DNA of 64,000 nucleotides from an uncultured bacterium (GCA_937889595.1 CALAOR010000076.1:69626-133625); one strand, 5' to 3'; shown: positions 9,872 through 19,716, counted from the first letter of the stretch. The notes: generated by a model from the letters alone, not told the origin. Numbers and translations: made by a program.

Positions 9872-11272
9872 ATGCCGTCAAACCAACAATCAGACAAAAG
9901 AACCCAGACTGCGGCTTTGGTTGTTTCCATGCTCAGCGCCATATTCAATTCCATGGGAACCAGTTCTGTTAATGTGGCGCTTCCCGTCATAGGCAGGGAA
10001 TTTGCCCTTAATGCCTCTTTGCTCGGCTGGATAGCCACTTCTATGCTCCTTGCACAATCAGTATTTGTGGTGCCGTTCGGAAAGCTTGCGGATATATACG
10101 GCAGAAAAAAACTTATGATCATTGGCACCGCGGTTTATACGGCCGGGTCTGTAATGGCCGCTCTTGCGCAGGGGATATTTTTTCTGCTGTTTTCCAGGGT
10201 TGTCCAGGGTCTCGGGGCTTCCATGATATTCGGTACAAGCGTCGCAATACTCACTTCTGTTTTCCCTCCGGAAAAAAGGGGGTGGGCTTTGGGGTGGAAC
10301 GTATCGGCAGTTTACCTCGGCCTGACCGCCGGGCCGTTTGTCGGCGGCATTATGACATCATATCTTGGATGGCGCTCCATATTCTGGCTCAATGTGCCGC
10401 TTGGCCTGCTCTCCATGTTCTTCCTGTTCTTTATGCTAAAAGGGGAGTGGGCGGAATCCGAGGTGGAAAAGTTTGACTATACGGGGTCGCTTATACTGGC
10501 GGTTTTGATCACTTGTCTGATCTACGGACTTTCAAAAATGCCGTCCTATACCTCGGCCGGGCTTGTCGCCTTTGGGATAATCCTGACGTTCGCGTTCATA
10601 AAATACGAGGAAAAGCATATAAACCCCGTTATTAACATAAAACTTTTTGAGGACAACCAGGTATTTGCTTTTTCAAACCTGGCGACGCTTATACATTATT
10701 CATCCGCATCAGCCGTGGCCATAATGCTCAGCCTGTACCTTCAGTATATAAAGGGTTTTGACCCGCGCCATGCAGGCATGATAATTATGGCGCAGCCTGC
10801 TGTAATGATGATGCTTGCTCCCTGGGCCGGAAGAATATCCGACAAATACACTCCCGGGAGAGTTGCTTCCATTGGCATGGGTATGACCATGGTTGGCCTT
10901 ATACTTTTTTCGTTCCTGCAGCCTCAAACCCCGCTTATTTACATAATTTTTTGTCTTATCTTTATAGGCGCCGGTTTTGGCCTGTTTTCATCGCCGAATA
11001 CCAACGCTGTCATGTCATCGGTAGAGCGCAGGTATTATGGAGTGGCCTCAGGCATTGTAAGCACCATGAGGCAGGGCGGCCAGATGACGGGCCTGGCGAT
11101 TGCCACCATGATGCTCTCAATGTACGTTGGTAGATCCCAGATAACGCCGGACAAATACGGCGCTTTTATGATGTCGGTTAAGGTATCATTTATGGTTTTC
11201 TCGGCACTTTGTTTTTTCGGCATATTTGCATCACTGGTGAGAGGGAAGGCAAAGACCGTAAAAACACCTTGA
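9872..11272 (+). CDS. MFS drug efflux transporter (DHA2-like, 14 TM)
   Basis: Hydropathy and MFS motifs (e.g. GKLADIYGRKK). The start overlaps the macB stop. Confidence 0.8.
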   Translation: MPSNQQSDKRTQTAALVVSMLSAIFNSMGTSSVNVALPVIGREFALNASLLGWIATSMLLAQSVFVVPFGKLADIYGRKKLMIIGTAVYTAGSVMAALAQGIFFLLFSRVVQGLGASMIFGTSVAILTSVFPPEKRGWALGWNVSAVYLGLTAGPFVGGIMTSYLGWRSIFWLNVPLGLLSMFFLFFMLKGEWAESEVEKFDYTGSLILAVLITCLIYGLSKMPSYTSAGLVAFGIILTFAFIKYEEKHINPVINIKLFEDNQVFAFSNLATLIHYSSASAVAIMLSLYLQYIKGFDPRHAGMIIMAQPAVMMMLAPWAGRISDKYTPGRVASIGMGMTMVGLILFSFLQPQTPLIYIIFCLIFIGAGFGLFSSPNTNAVMSSVERRYYGVASGIVSTMRQGGQMTGLAIATMMLSMYVGRSQITPDKYGAFMMSVKVSFMVFSALCFFGIFASLVRGKAKTVKTP

Positions 11273-11311
11273 CACTTACGGGAAATGTAATAAAATCAAT
11301 AAGTTAAAAAC

Positions 11312-11421
11312 AAACGGAATCATCATGCCGGGCGCGTAGCTCAGTTGGTTAGAGTATTAGCTCGACAAGCTAAGGGTCACTGGTTCGATCCCAGTCGCGC
11401 CCACCATGATGATTCCGTTTT
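11312..11421. repeat. 15-bp perfect inverted repeat (aaacggaatcatcat / atgatgattccgttt) bracketing tRNA-Val
   Basis: Read directly at 11312-11326 and 11407-11421. Confidence 0.8.
11330..11406 (+). tRNA. tRNA-Val (anticodon GAC) with encoded CCA
   Basis: Manual cloverleaf: acceptor GGGCGCG/CGCGCCC, D-arm GCTC...GAGT, anticodon stem TTAGC/GCTAA, loop TCGACAA, T-arm ACTGG-TTCGATC-CCAGT, 3' ACCA. Confidence 0.85.
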
Positions 11422-11424
11422 CGT

Positions 11425-11438
11425 TTGCGCGTAGCTCA
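11425..11438 (+). other. 14-nt partial copy of the tRNA-Val 5' end (GCGCGTAGCTCAGT)
   Basis: Identical to tRNA positions 3-16 and located 19 nt downstream of the tRNA. Confidence 0.5.
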
Positions 11439-11626
11439 GTAGCTGGCCGCCCATCAGCATTATTATCTGGCGTATTCCTGTATTTAAGTGTATATCTGAT
11501 ATATAAGTATACTTTGAGATAAATCCATTCAGGGTAAAAACAATGCTTATATTTTCCTGGTTTTCAGGTTGTGGTTTGTAATACATGAGCTTAGTGTAAT
11601 TAATCAGGATTTGGGAAGAAGGTTCT

Positions 11627-13117
11627 ATGAAGATTTTGATGGTCGCGCCCGAATACCCAGCCACTTTCTGGAGCTTTAAATACGCATTGCCTTTTGTAAA
11701 CAGGAAAACCTCATTGCCGCCCCTTGGTCTGCTTACAGTATCCTCGATGCTGCCTGCACATTGGGAAAAAAGGCTTGTGGATATAAGCGCAGGCCAGCTG
11801 AAAGATGAGGATATATTATGGGCCGACTGGGTTTTTGTAAGCGCTATGATAGTACAGAAAAAATCCGCGCAGGAAGTCATAAATAGGGCAAAAGCTCTCG
11901 GCAAAAAAGTTGCCGCCGGTGGGCCTGTGTTCACAACCGGATACAGGGATTTTAACAATGTTGATACCTTTGTGATCAATGAAGGGGAATCCTCCATAAA
12001 AGAATTTGCGGCCGATCTGGAAGCCGGCAGGACAAGGCAGATATACTCATCAAATGAAAAGCCTGATATAACAAAAACACCCGTACCTGACTGGAGCCTT
12101 CTAAATATGAAGCATTATGCCTCCATGGCCATGCAGGTGTCGCGCGGCTGCCCTTTTGACTGCGAATTCTGCGATATAATAGTCATAAACGGCAGGGTGC
12201 CCAGAGTAAAAACCCCGGAGCAGGTAATAAGGGAATTTGATTCGCTCTATAACGCAGGCTGGCGCGGAAGCCTTTTTATAGTTGACGACAATTTTATCGG
12301 CAATAAGGCGAAGGTAAAAGAAATTCTCAGGTCCATAAAACAATGGATGGGGGAAAAGAAAAGGCCTTTTACGCTCTATACCGAGGCTTCTATTAATCTG
12401 GCGGACGACCAGGAACTTATGACGCTTATGCAGGAGGCGAATTTTAATTCGGTTTTTGTGGGAATTGAAACTCCGAGCCAGGAAGCGTTATTGTCGTGCG
12501 GCAAGGTCCAGAATGTTGGGAAAGATCTGAGTGAAAAAGTCAAGATACTGCAACGCAACGGGCTGCAGGTACAGGCCGGGTTTATCCTGGGTTTTGATTC
12601 GGATACGCACAGGATATTTGACGATATGATAGCGTTCGTGCAGAAAACAGGGATAGTAACGGCCATGGTGGGTATGCTTAACGCGCTGCCGGAAACAAGG
12701 CTGTATAAGCGGCTTGAAGAAGCCGGAAGGCTGCTGCAAAAACCTTCCGACGGGAACAATACTGATTTCAGCCTTAATTTCATACCTAAAATGGACCCAA
12801 AGCTCCTGGTGGAAGGTTATAAAAAGGTATTAAACTCTATTTTTGGGCCGGAAAAATATTACACCAGGATAATTACGTTCCTGAAAGAGTACAAGGCAAC
12901 CGCAAAGGAAACCAGGCATAATTTTATATCAAAAGTTAACGCAGTAATATCGGCCGTATGGAAACTCGGCATACTTGAAAAGGGAAAGAGGCATTTTTGG
13001 AGGCTGATGATATGGACGGTTTTTAAAAAACCGGCGTTATTGGCCGATGCAATAGCCCTCGCAATATGCGGTTTTCATTTCAGGGTAGTCCTGACAAACC
13101 AGGTTTCAGGTATTTAA
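11627..13117 (+). CDS. B12-binding-domain radical SAM protein (DUF4070-type C-terminus)
   Basis: An N-terminal cobalamin-binding Rossmann domain and the radical SAM cluster CPFDCEFC. Confidence 0.8.
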   Translation: MKILMVAPEYPATFWSFKYALPFVNRKTSLPPLGLLTVSSMLPAHWEKRLVDISAGQLKDEDILWADWVFVSAMIVQKKSAQEVINRAKALGKKVAAGGPVFTTGYRDFNNVDTFVINEGESSIKEFAADLEAGRTRQIYSSNEKPDITKTPVPDWSLLNMKHYASMAMQVSRGCPFDCEFCDIIVINGRVPRVKTPEQVIREFDSLYNAGWRGSLFIVDDNFIGNKAKVKEILRSIKQWMGEKKRPFTLYTEASINLADDQELMTLMQEANFNSVFVGIETPSQEALLSCGKVQNVGKDLSEKVKILQRNGLQVQAGFILGFDSDTHRIFDDMIAFVQKTGIVTAMVGMLNALPETRLYKRLEEAGRLLQKPSDGNNTDFSLNFIPKMDPKLLVEGYKKVLNSIFGPEKYYTRIITFLKEYKATAKETRHNFISKVNAVISAVWKLGILEKGKRHFWRLMIWTVFKKPALLADAIALAICGFHFRVVLTNQVSGI

Positions 13118-13178
13118 AGCATAAGAGATCCCTGCAGTTTTTTTTAAAAAAAACAGCGGTTTGTGATATAGTATCCTT

Positions 13179-14891
13179 ATGGAAAAAGATAATGTCGGCA
13201 ATAATAATGAGGGTAAAACAGGGTCCGCGTACGGTCTGATGTTTAAAGCCGTGATTTATATTTTTTTTGTTTTTATGATCTTCGTTTATATAAGAACTGC
13301 GGCGCCGGCTTTTTCGCTGAATGACTCACCTGAAACCGCGGCGGCCGCTGTAAGCCTGGGAATAGGGCACGCGCCTGCTTACCCGCTTTATATGCTTGCG
13401 GGCAAGGCGGCCCTGTTGTTTTTGCCCGGAAATCCAGCCTTTGCCTTATCTGTTTTTTCAACTGTCATGGCCGCTGCTGTCCTCGTGTTTGTTTTCGTTA
13501 TCGCAAAAAGATACAGCTCCCGCTTTGCCTTGTATGCGCCTGTTCTGCTCGCGTTTATTTCCACGTTTTGGGAACAGGCGTCTGACGCAAAAGGCGGCAT
13601 ATACATACTGAATCTTCTTCTGCTTTCCATGCAGCTGCTGGCCCTGGATACATTGATAAAAAAGTACGGTCAAAAATGTTTTCTCTTCATTATGTATACC
13701 TACGGTCTTTCCCTGGCAAACCACTGGCCAAGCGCGGCCATTATGGTTTTTATCCCGCTTGGCGCCATGGCCGCCGTCGCCGCGCGTAAAAAATACAGGC
13801 ATATGGCGGCAGGCGTTTTTTTTGTCCTGCTGGGATTGACGCCGTATATATATCTTCCAGTAAGGGCATTAGCCGGACCAGCTATGAATATGGAAAATCC
13901 TGCGGACATAGGTTCAATCCTCTCTGTGATTTTCAGGCGGGTTTATTCAAGTCCGCTGAATATTGATTTGAGTTCGGTTGTTTACCAGACAAAAGCCGTT
14001 TTTTTATTTTTTGCATCCTCACTTTCCGTTTTTGCCCTGATCCCGCTGGCTGCTTTGTTTAAAAAGTCTTCCGGCTCTCTCACGCTGCCGCCCATTCTGT
14101 TCATCACGGCGCTTGTGGATATAATTGCCATCGCAGTGTTTAACAGGACGTCTGCGATTTATGAGGACCTTATAGGCGTATTCCTGCTGCCTTCCTGTCT
14201 TACTTTATGCGCTCTTACCCCCGCCGGGATTGAAATGATCGCTGATAAAATTAAAGGCAGGCTGGCGGGCAGGCTTCTTATCGGCGCGCTCATTGTGATA
14301 GCACTGGCCATGGGTGCGGAAGCATATATTTCCTCTGACCGCGGTTCCGACTATCTTGGGTATGACATAGGTATGAATATTATAAAGACTGCGCCTTTGG
14401 GCGTAAATTTGATAGTCATAGGGGATTATAATGTATTTGCGGCGCAGTACCTGCAAATAGCCGCGGCAAAGAGGCCGGATTTGCGGATAAAACGCTGTGG
14501 AAACGCCGATTTTACCGGAAAAATAGGGCTGCCTGCTTACTCAACAATTTCGAATGAAAAAAACATTCAGGCATATGCGGGTGATTTTAAAGTCCGGCGT
14601 CAGGGCATACTTTTTGAGCTGTTAATGAAAACTTCACGGGAAATCGTCCCGGACGGGTATCAGTGGCTGATATATTCATACCGCGGCATGATCGGCGGGC
14701 TTTTGCCTAGGGACAGCATGGAGAATTTCCTGTTGTCATACTACTCATCCAGCATGCTGTTTCAGGCGGAAGAGTATGCCGGGGCGGGGATGACGGAAAA
14801 AGCAAAACGAATGCTGAACATGTCGCTGGCCATAAAGGGTTTTAAGTCTGCCGAGGCCATAAAAAGGTCGCGCGGTAAAATAGGGATTTAG
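13179..14891 (+). CDS. DUF2723 (TMEM260-like) polytopic membrane protein, putative glycosyl/mannosyl-transferase
   Basis: NDSPETAAAAVSLGIGHAPAYPLYMLAGK matches the DUF2723 DSGE...HPPGYPLY signature. The protein has many transmembrane helices. Confidence 0.65.
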   Translation: MEKDNVGNNNEGKTGSAYGLMFKAVIYIFFVFMIFVYIRTAAPAFSLNDSPETAAAAVSLGIGHAPAYPLYMLAGKAALLFLPGNPAFALSVFSTVMAAAVLVFVFVIAKRYSSRFALYAPVLLAFISTFWEQASDAKGGIYILNLLLLSMQLLALDTLIKKYGQKCFLFIMYTYGLSLANHWPSAAIMVFIPLGAMAAVAARKKYRHMAAGVFFVLLGLTPYIYLPVRALAGPAMNMENPADIGSILSVIFRRVYSSPLNIDLSSVVYQTKAVFLFFASSLSVFALIPLAALFKKSSGSLTLPPILFITALVDIIAIAVFNRTSAIYEDLIGVFLLPSCLTLCALTPAGIEMIADKIKGRLAGRLLIGALIVIALAMGAEAYISSDRGSDYLGYDIGMNIIKTAPLGVNLIVIGDYNVFAAQYLQIAAAKRPDLRIKRCGNADFTGKIGLPAYSTISNEKNIQAYAGDFKVRRQGILFELLMKTSREIVPDGYQWLIYSYRGMIGGLLPRDSMENFLLSYYSSSMLFQAEEYAGAGMTEKAKRMLNMSLAIKGFKSAEAIKRSRGKIGI

Positions 14892-14977
14892 AAATGCTTT
14901 CTGTATGCAGGCGGAAATATATGGGGCAAAAAAAAGCAAATGAATAGCGCAAGAGTGCCGGGAGAACCATTAAATTG

Positions 14978-15006
14978 TTGACATAAAAAAACCAATGGTA
15001 TAGAAT
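14978..15006 (+). promoter_or_regulatory. sigma70-like promoter: TTGACA, 17-nt spacer, TAGAAT
   Basis: Read directly from the sequence upstream of the 15067 and dedA genes. Confidence 0.5.
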
Positions 15007-15066
15007 TATTCAGGTTCTAACCGCTGCTTTCGCTTACCCGGGAGTAAAATATCAAAATTAAGGTGA

Positions 15067-15312
15067 ATGATGAAGAAAACAGGCAAAATTCCGGCAATTA
15101 TTATCCTGATCTCATTATTTGTCTGCTGTTTATGTTTTGATATTGACGGCTCCGGGTATGGAACCGAAGAACCATGGATGCTTCCGGTCAACCCTGCTGA
15201 TCTGATAAATATTAACGGCTCTTATTATATTTTGAAGCCGGTCCTTGCATTTATACCCGCTGTTATCTCATTTCCCCCGGAATATCCGCCGAAATCAGCC
15301 ATATTCATATAA
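15067..15312 (+). CDS. hypothetical small secreted or lipoprotein
   Basis: The ORF has a signal-like N-terminus. No homology was recognised. Confidence 0.35.
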   Translation: MMKKTGKIPAIIILISLFVCCLCFDIDGSGYGTEEPWMLPVNPADLININGSYYILKPVLAFIPAVISFPPEYPPKSAIFI

Positions 15313-15356
15313 GGAAGCCTGCTCTACTTTTTTATAAATTAAAACGGGAGAAATAT

Positions 15357-16025
15357 ATGGAAAACCTGATGCTTTTATTCGACTATATGGTTCATCTTGA
15401 CACACATCTGCTTGAATTGATAAAAAATCACGGCAATCTGATCTACCCGCTCATTTATACGATAATACTCTGCGAAACAGGGTTCATTGTGGCCGCTTTC
15501 CTCCCCGGCGACTCGCTTATATTCATAATCGGGACTTTGTGCGCCGGCGGGGAACTTAACATGCCGTTGATAGCAGCCGGGCTTTTTCTGGCCGCTGTGA
15601 CGGGCAACTGTATTAATTATGCCATAGGCGGGTTCATGGGCCCGAAGTTCTTCAAGGCCGGTCATAAGAATTTTTTCAGGGAAGAACAACTGGCACAGGC
15701 CCACTTATTCTATGAAAAACACGGGGGTAAAACAATTTTGATAGCGCGGTTCATCCCGGTGATAAGGTCATTCGCTCCTTTTATTGCGGGGATAGGATCG
15801 ATGAATTACGCAAAATTTTTCATATATAATATTATAGGAGCTTTTTTATGGGTGGGAATGTGCCTGTTTGCCGGTTATTTTTTCGGGAATATACCCATGG
15901 TTGAGGATAATTTCACAATGGTACTGCTTGTCATATTGTTGTTTTCGACGATACCGGTAGGGATAGGCTTACTATGGCAAAGTATGAAGAAAATGAAAAA
16001 AAATGGCGGGAACGAAAATGAATAA
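15357..16025 (+). CDS. dedA: DedA/VTT-domain membrane protein
   Basis: LIYPLIYTIILCETGFIVAAFLPGDSL is the DedA signature. Confidence 0.8.
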   Translation: MENLMLLFDYMVHLDTHLLELIKNHGNLIYPLIYTIILCETGFIVAAFLPGDSLIFIIGTLCAGGELNMPLIAAGLFLAAVTGNCINYAIGGFMGPKFFKAGHKNFFREEQLAQAHLFYEKHGGKTILIARFIPVIRSFAPFIAGIGSMNYAKFFIYNIIGAFLWVGMCLFAGYFFGNIPMVEDNFTMVLLVILLFSTIPVGIGLLWQSMKKMKKNGGNENE

Positions 16026-16037
16026 AGGGATGGACTT

Positions 16038-18587
16038 ATGGATATAAACGCCAAAGAACTAAAAGGGCTGTCCGAAGCACAGGCAGGGGCTTTGCTTAAA
16101 GCGGAGGGATATAATGAACTGCCTTCCTCCAAAAGAAAGGGCATATTACGCACAGCTTTTGAAGTGGTGAAAGAACCTATGTTCATCCTGCTCGTAGCCT
16201 GCGGCATAATCTACCTTTTTCTCGGCGACAGGCAGGAAGCCGTAATGTTATTAGGTTTTGTTTTTGTGGTAATGGGAATAACTTTTTATCAGGAAAGAAA
16301 AACTGAAAGGGCCCTTGAAGCCCTCAAAGACCTGTCCAGCCCCAGGGCGCTGGTTATAAGGGACGGCAATCAGCGCCGCATAGCGGGCAGGGAAGTCGTG
16401 CCCGGTGATATGGTCATACTGTCCGAAGGCGACAGGGTGCCGGCAGACGGGGCTGTAATATGGAACAATAACCTTTCCTGTGACGAGTCTTTGCTTACAG
16501 GCGAATCAGCGCCTGTCCGAAAATCAGCCGGAACCGGCAATACCATAATGGCCAGGCCGGGCGGAGACGGCACACCTTTTGTTTTCTCGGGTTCAATGGC
16601 CGTGCAGGGTCAGGCTGTGGTTGAAATAAAAACAACAGGCTTAAAAACAGAGATCGGGAAAATAGGCGTGGCGCTGCGTTCCATAGAGCAAAAAACCACG
16701 CGTCTCCAGAATGAAATCAACGATCTTGTAAAAAAGGTCGCTGTTATAGGGGCGGTACTCTGCATTTTGGTTTTTGTGATTTACGGCCTTTCAAGGACGG
16801 ACTGGCTTAAAGGTTTCCTGGCGGGATTAAGCCTTGCTATGGCAATGCTGCCCGAGGAATTTCCTGTAGTGCTTACCGTATTTTTTGCGCTTGGCGCATG
16901 GCGTATATCCAAAAAACGCGTTTTAACCCGCCGCATGCCTGTCATAGAAACCCTGGGTTCGGCAACTGTTCTTTGCGTGGACAAAACAGGAACGCTGACC
17001 ATGAATAAAATGACCATAGAAATGATATACGCGGGCAATAAATTCCATAACACATCCGATGGCCTGGATTTCAGGAAGTCTCCCGAAGTGGAAGATGTCG
17101 TGGAATCGGGGATAATGGCATGCCAAAAGGACCCTTTTGATCCTATGGAAAAGGCTTTTAAAGAGCTTGGAAAATCAGCGGGCTTAGACAGCGGCAATAT
17201 ATATGGAAGCATGGAGTTTGTCCGCGAATATCCTTTATCAAAGAAAATGCTGGCTTTATCGCACGTTTTCAGAAAACCTTCCACCGGCACTTATTTTGTG
17301 GCATGTAAAGGGGCGCCTGAAGCCATAATGGATATCTGCCACCTGGAAAAACACCGGATTGAAGAACTAATGATAAAAGTCAATGAAATGGCTTCCCAGG
17401 GATACCGTGTCCTGGGTGTCGCAAAGGCGGATTATAAATCGGAAAAGCTGCCTGACGACCAGCATGATTTTGTTTTCAGGTTCACAGGCTTAGTGGGACT
17501 TGCAGATCCGGTACGGCCGCAGGTAAAAAACGCCGTTGCTGAGTGTTATACAGCGGGGATCAGGGTAGTAATGATCACGGGTGATTATCCCGCCACGGCC
17601 GTAAATATTGCGCAACAGATAGGGTTGAAAAATGTTGATAAAGTAATTACGGGCGGGGAACTTGATTCCATGCAGGAAGCCCAAATAATTGAACGGATGA
17701 AAGAAACAAATATTTTTGCCAGGGTAGTGCCCGAACAAAAATTGAAGATAGTAAATATGTTCAAGTCGTCAGGCGAGGTTGTCGCCATGACGGGCGACGG
17801 GGTTAATGACGCCCCGGCCCTGAAAGCTGCGGACATAGGCATAGCTATGGGCGCGCGCGGTACCGACGTGGCCAGAGAAGCGTCATCGCTTGTTCTTCTT
17901 GATGACGATTTTGAGTCGATCGCGGCCGCGGTTAAAATGGGCAGACGCATCTTTGATAATATGAAAAAAGCGCTGTCCTATATCGTGGCCGTCCATGTGC
18001 CTATCGCGGGGTTATCACTGATACCGGTGCTTTTTAAGTGGCCGCTGATCATGATGCCTGTGCATATAGTATTCCTGGAGCTGATTATCGACCCCGCGTG
18101 TTCCATTGTTTTTGAAGCCGAGCCCGAGGAAAAAGACGTCATGAGAAGAAAACCTCGGGATAAAAATAAGGCGGTTTTCGGCATAAAACCGGTTGTTATC
18201 AGCCTGTTGCAGGGATTCGTGGTGCTGGGAGTTGTCATGGCGGTTTTCCTGCTTTCGGGTAAATTAAATACCGGCGAAAACGAGGCGAGAGCCATGGCTT
18301 TTGCGACGGTAGTCATATCAAACCTGTGCCTGATACTCACAAACCTTTCATGGACCAGGAGTGTTTTTGAGATCGTCCGCGATCCTAATCCGGCAATGTG
18401 GTGGGTCATAAGCGGGGCAATAGCGTTGATTACCGCAGTTCTTTATATACCGGGGTTAAGGCTGCTTTTTGGATTCGGTGTGCTGCATTTAAATGATATA
18501 CTGATATGCTTAGGCGCCGGGCTTTTCAGCGTGTTATGGTTTGAAATAGTGAAGGCAATGATGAAAAAGAAAACGATATTGGAATAG
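16038..18587 (+). CDS. cation-transporting P-type ATPase (Ca2+/Mg2+ type IIA/IIIB)
   Basis: DKTGTLT and TGDGVNDAPALKAADIGIAMG motifs with 10 transmembrane segments. Confidence 0.9.
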   Translation: MDINAKELKGLSEAQAGALLKAEGYNELPSSKRKGILRTAFEVVKEPMFILLVACGIIYLFLGDRQEAVMLLGFVFVVMGITFYQERKTERALEALKDLSSPRALVIRDGNQRRIAGREVVPGDMVILSEGDRVPADGAVIWNNNLSCDESLLTGESAPVRKSAGTGNTIMARPGGDGTPFVFSGSMAVQGQAVVEIKTTGLKTEIGKIGVALRSIEQKTTRLQNEINDLVKKVAVIGAVLCILVFVIYGLSRTDWLKGFLAGLSLAMAMLPEEFPVVLTVFFALGAWRISKKRVLTRRMPVIETLGSATVLCVDKTGTLTMNKMTIEMIYAGNKFHNTSDGLDFRKSPEVEDVVESGIMACQKDPFDPMEKAFKELGKSAGLDSGNIYGSMEFVREYPLSKKMLALSHVFRKPSTGTYFVACKGAPEAIMDICHLEKHRIEELMIKVNEMASQGYRVLGVAKADYKSEKLPDDQHDFVFRFTGLVGLADPVRPQVKNAVAECYTAGIRVVMITGDYPATAVNIAQQIGLKNVDKVITGGELDSMQEAQIIERMKETNIFARVVPEQKLKIVNMFKSSGEVVAMTGDGVNDAPALKAADIGIAMGARGTDVAREASSLVLLDDDFESIAAAVKMGRRIFDNMKKALSYIVAVHVPIAGLSLIPVLFKWPLIMMPVHIVFLELIIDPACSIVFEAEPEEKDVMRRKPRDKNKAVFGIKPVVISLLQGFVVLGVVMAVFLLSGKLNTGENEARAMAFATVVISNLCLILTNLSWTRSVFEIVRDPNPAMWWVISGAIALITAVLYIPGLRLLFGFGVLHLNDILICLGAGLFSVLWFEIVKAMMKKKTILE

Positions 18588-18618
18588 CGACCCGGTCCGG
18601 CATTTGTGTTTACGATTT

Positions 18619-18792
18619 AAATGATACTGCCGGAAAACCCTTAATAACCATCGTTGTGGGCCGAATAATCCTGTCAACACACTTTGTGTGTTGCCGGACT
18701 TCGTATTTGGTCCCTACAAATATTTGCCTTTATTTGTAGGGGTAGCATATCATGCTGCCCGCCCCTTGCGGGTTTTTCGGACAGTCTCAATA
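18619..18792. repeat. TIR-bounded repeat element, copy A (~170 bp; TIR GATACTGYCNGAAARCCC)
   Basis: Left TIR 18623-18640 and right TIR 18770-18788. The internal sequence is the reverse complement of copy B at about 90% identity. It contains hairpins and the palindrome CAACACAC-ttt-GTGTGTTG. Confidence 0.8.
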
Positions 18793-18800
18793 TACGCACC

Positions 18801-19007
18801 TATATACAACCACTATTGTAACTAAACACAATAGTTATAAACAAAACGATTTTCGTAGAGAAGGGGCTCGTCCCCTTCTCAATCTGGGCTGGGCGGATAA
18901 CTGGGGCCAGCATTTTAGAGGGGGACAAGCCCCCTCTCTACGAGTTCTAAAAAACACATATAAACATATTTGTTCTATTTGTAAAATCACAATAGTGGTT
19001 GTATATA
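18801..19007. repeat. 207-bp palindromic element with perfect 19-bp TIRs (TATATACAACCACTATTGT) and two internal G-rich hairpins
   Basis: Arms at 18801-18819 and 18989-19007 are exact reverse complements. Internal hairpins are GAGAAGGGG-ctcgt-CCCCTTCTC and AGAGGGGG-acaag-CCCCCTCT. Confidence 0.75.
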
Positions 19008-19057
19008 ACAACATAAACCGCCATGTACCATTCGTAGTAGCTTAAGGTACATGGCAT

Positions 19058-19086
19058 GCTTTTCTGACAGTATCCAAATAAGGTCC
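19058..19086. repeat. solo third copy of the element right-end motif (gcttttctgacagtatccaaataaggtcc)
   Basis: Near-identical to 27513-27545 (ttttcagacagtatccaaatacaggtcc). Confidence 0.6.
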
Positions 19087-19131
19087 GTTCCCCAAACAAT
19101 AAAATAACCGTTATTTTTATTAAAAATCCGC

Positions 19132-19160
19132 TTGACAATTAAACATACAAATCGTATACT
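19132..19160 (+). promoter_or_regulatory. strong sigma70-like promoter: TTGACA, 17-nt spacer, TATACT
   Basis: Perfect -35, 17-nt spacer and 5/6 -10. It is positioned to drive the DUF3276 and GH2 genes. Confidence 0.6.
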
Positions 19161-19252
19161 TATTTTATGATAAAACATACACTTGGTCAAGGATAAAAAA
19201 ACGCGGTTAGGTCCGCGTGTATTCCCGGTAAAAAAAATTCGGAGGGGTTTTT

Positions 19253-19519
19253 ATGAGCGAACAGGAAGCTGTTTTTTCAAAAGTTGTAAGCGCGGGCAAG
19301 AAAAAGTACTACATGGACGTGAGAAAGGCGAAGACGGGTAATTTGTACCTCTCAATCAAGGAGGTAACACTCGGCGACACCCAGGACAAAAGCGAATCCC
19401 GCAGGATACTTGTTTTTGACAACGCGATAAAAGATTTTGGGGAGGGCATGGATGAGATAAGAAAGTACATGCCCGGAAAAGAAAGGGTAAGATCTGAAGC
19501 TGAAAAAGTGGCGTTTTAA
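19253..19519 (+). CDS. DUF3276 (PUR-alpha-like) nucleic-acid-binding protein
   Basis: KKYYMDVRKAKTGNLYLSIKEV matches DUF3276. A GGAGGGG ribosome-binding site precedes the start. Confidence 0.6.
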   Translation: MSEQEAVFSKVVSAGKKKYYMDVRKAKTGNLYLSIKEVTLGDTQDKSESRRILVFDNAIKDFGEGMDEIRKYMPGKERVRSEAEKVAF

Positions 19520-19545
19520 ACGTATTTTACGAAGTTTTCACATAA

Positions 19546-19578
19546 AAAAGCGGCAGCCCGGGAACTGCCGCTTTTTTC
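19546..19578 (+). terminator. rho-independent terminator
   Basis: aagcggcag-cccgggaa-ctgccgctt followed by TTTTTT. Confidence 0.75.
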
Positions 19579-19716
19579 ATTAATTGCTTGTAAAAGAAGG
19601 TTATTTATAGTATAAATTAGTCATCAAAGGGAAGCGGCCCGAATGAAGGTTCATGCAACGAACCTTTAATGGCCGCTATTTTTTTATGTCAATTTGATTG
19701 ATGACAAGGAGCGCGT

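Noticed and set aside
18619-18792. Reading the repeat element as a cis-regulatory RNA (riboswitch-like) for the GH genes
   Set aside because: The two copies are in opposite orientation relative to their downstream genes, which a cis-acting leader RNA would not tolerate. A DNA-level element (MITE or inverton) fits better. Transcription of one strand as a small RNA is not excluded.
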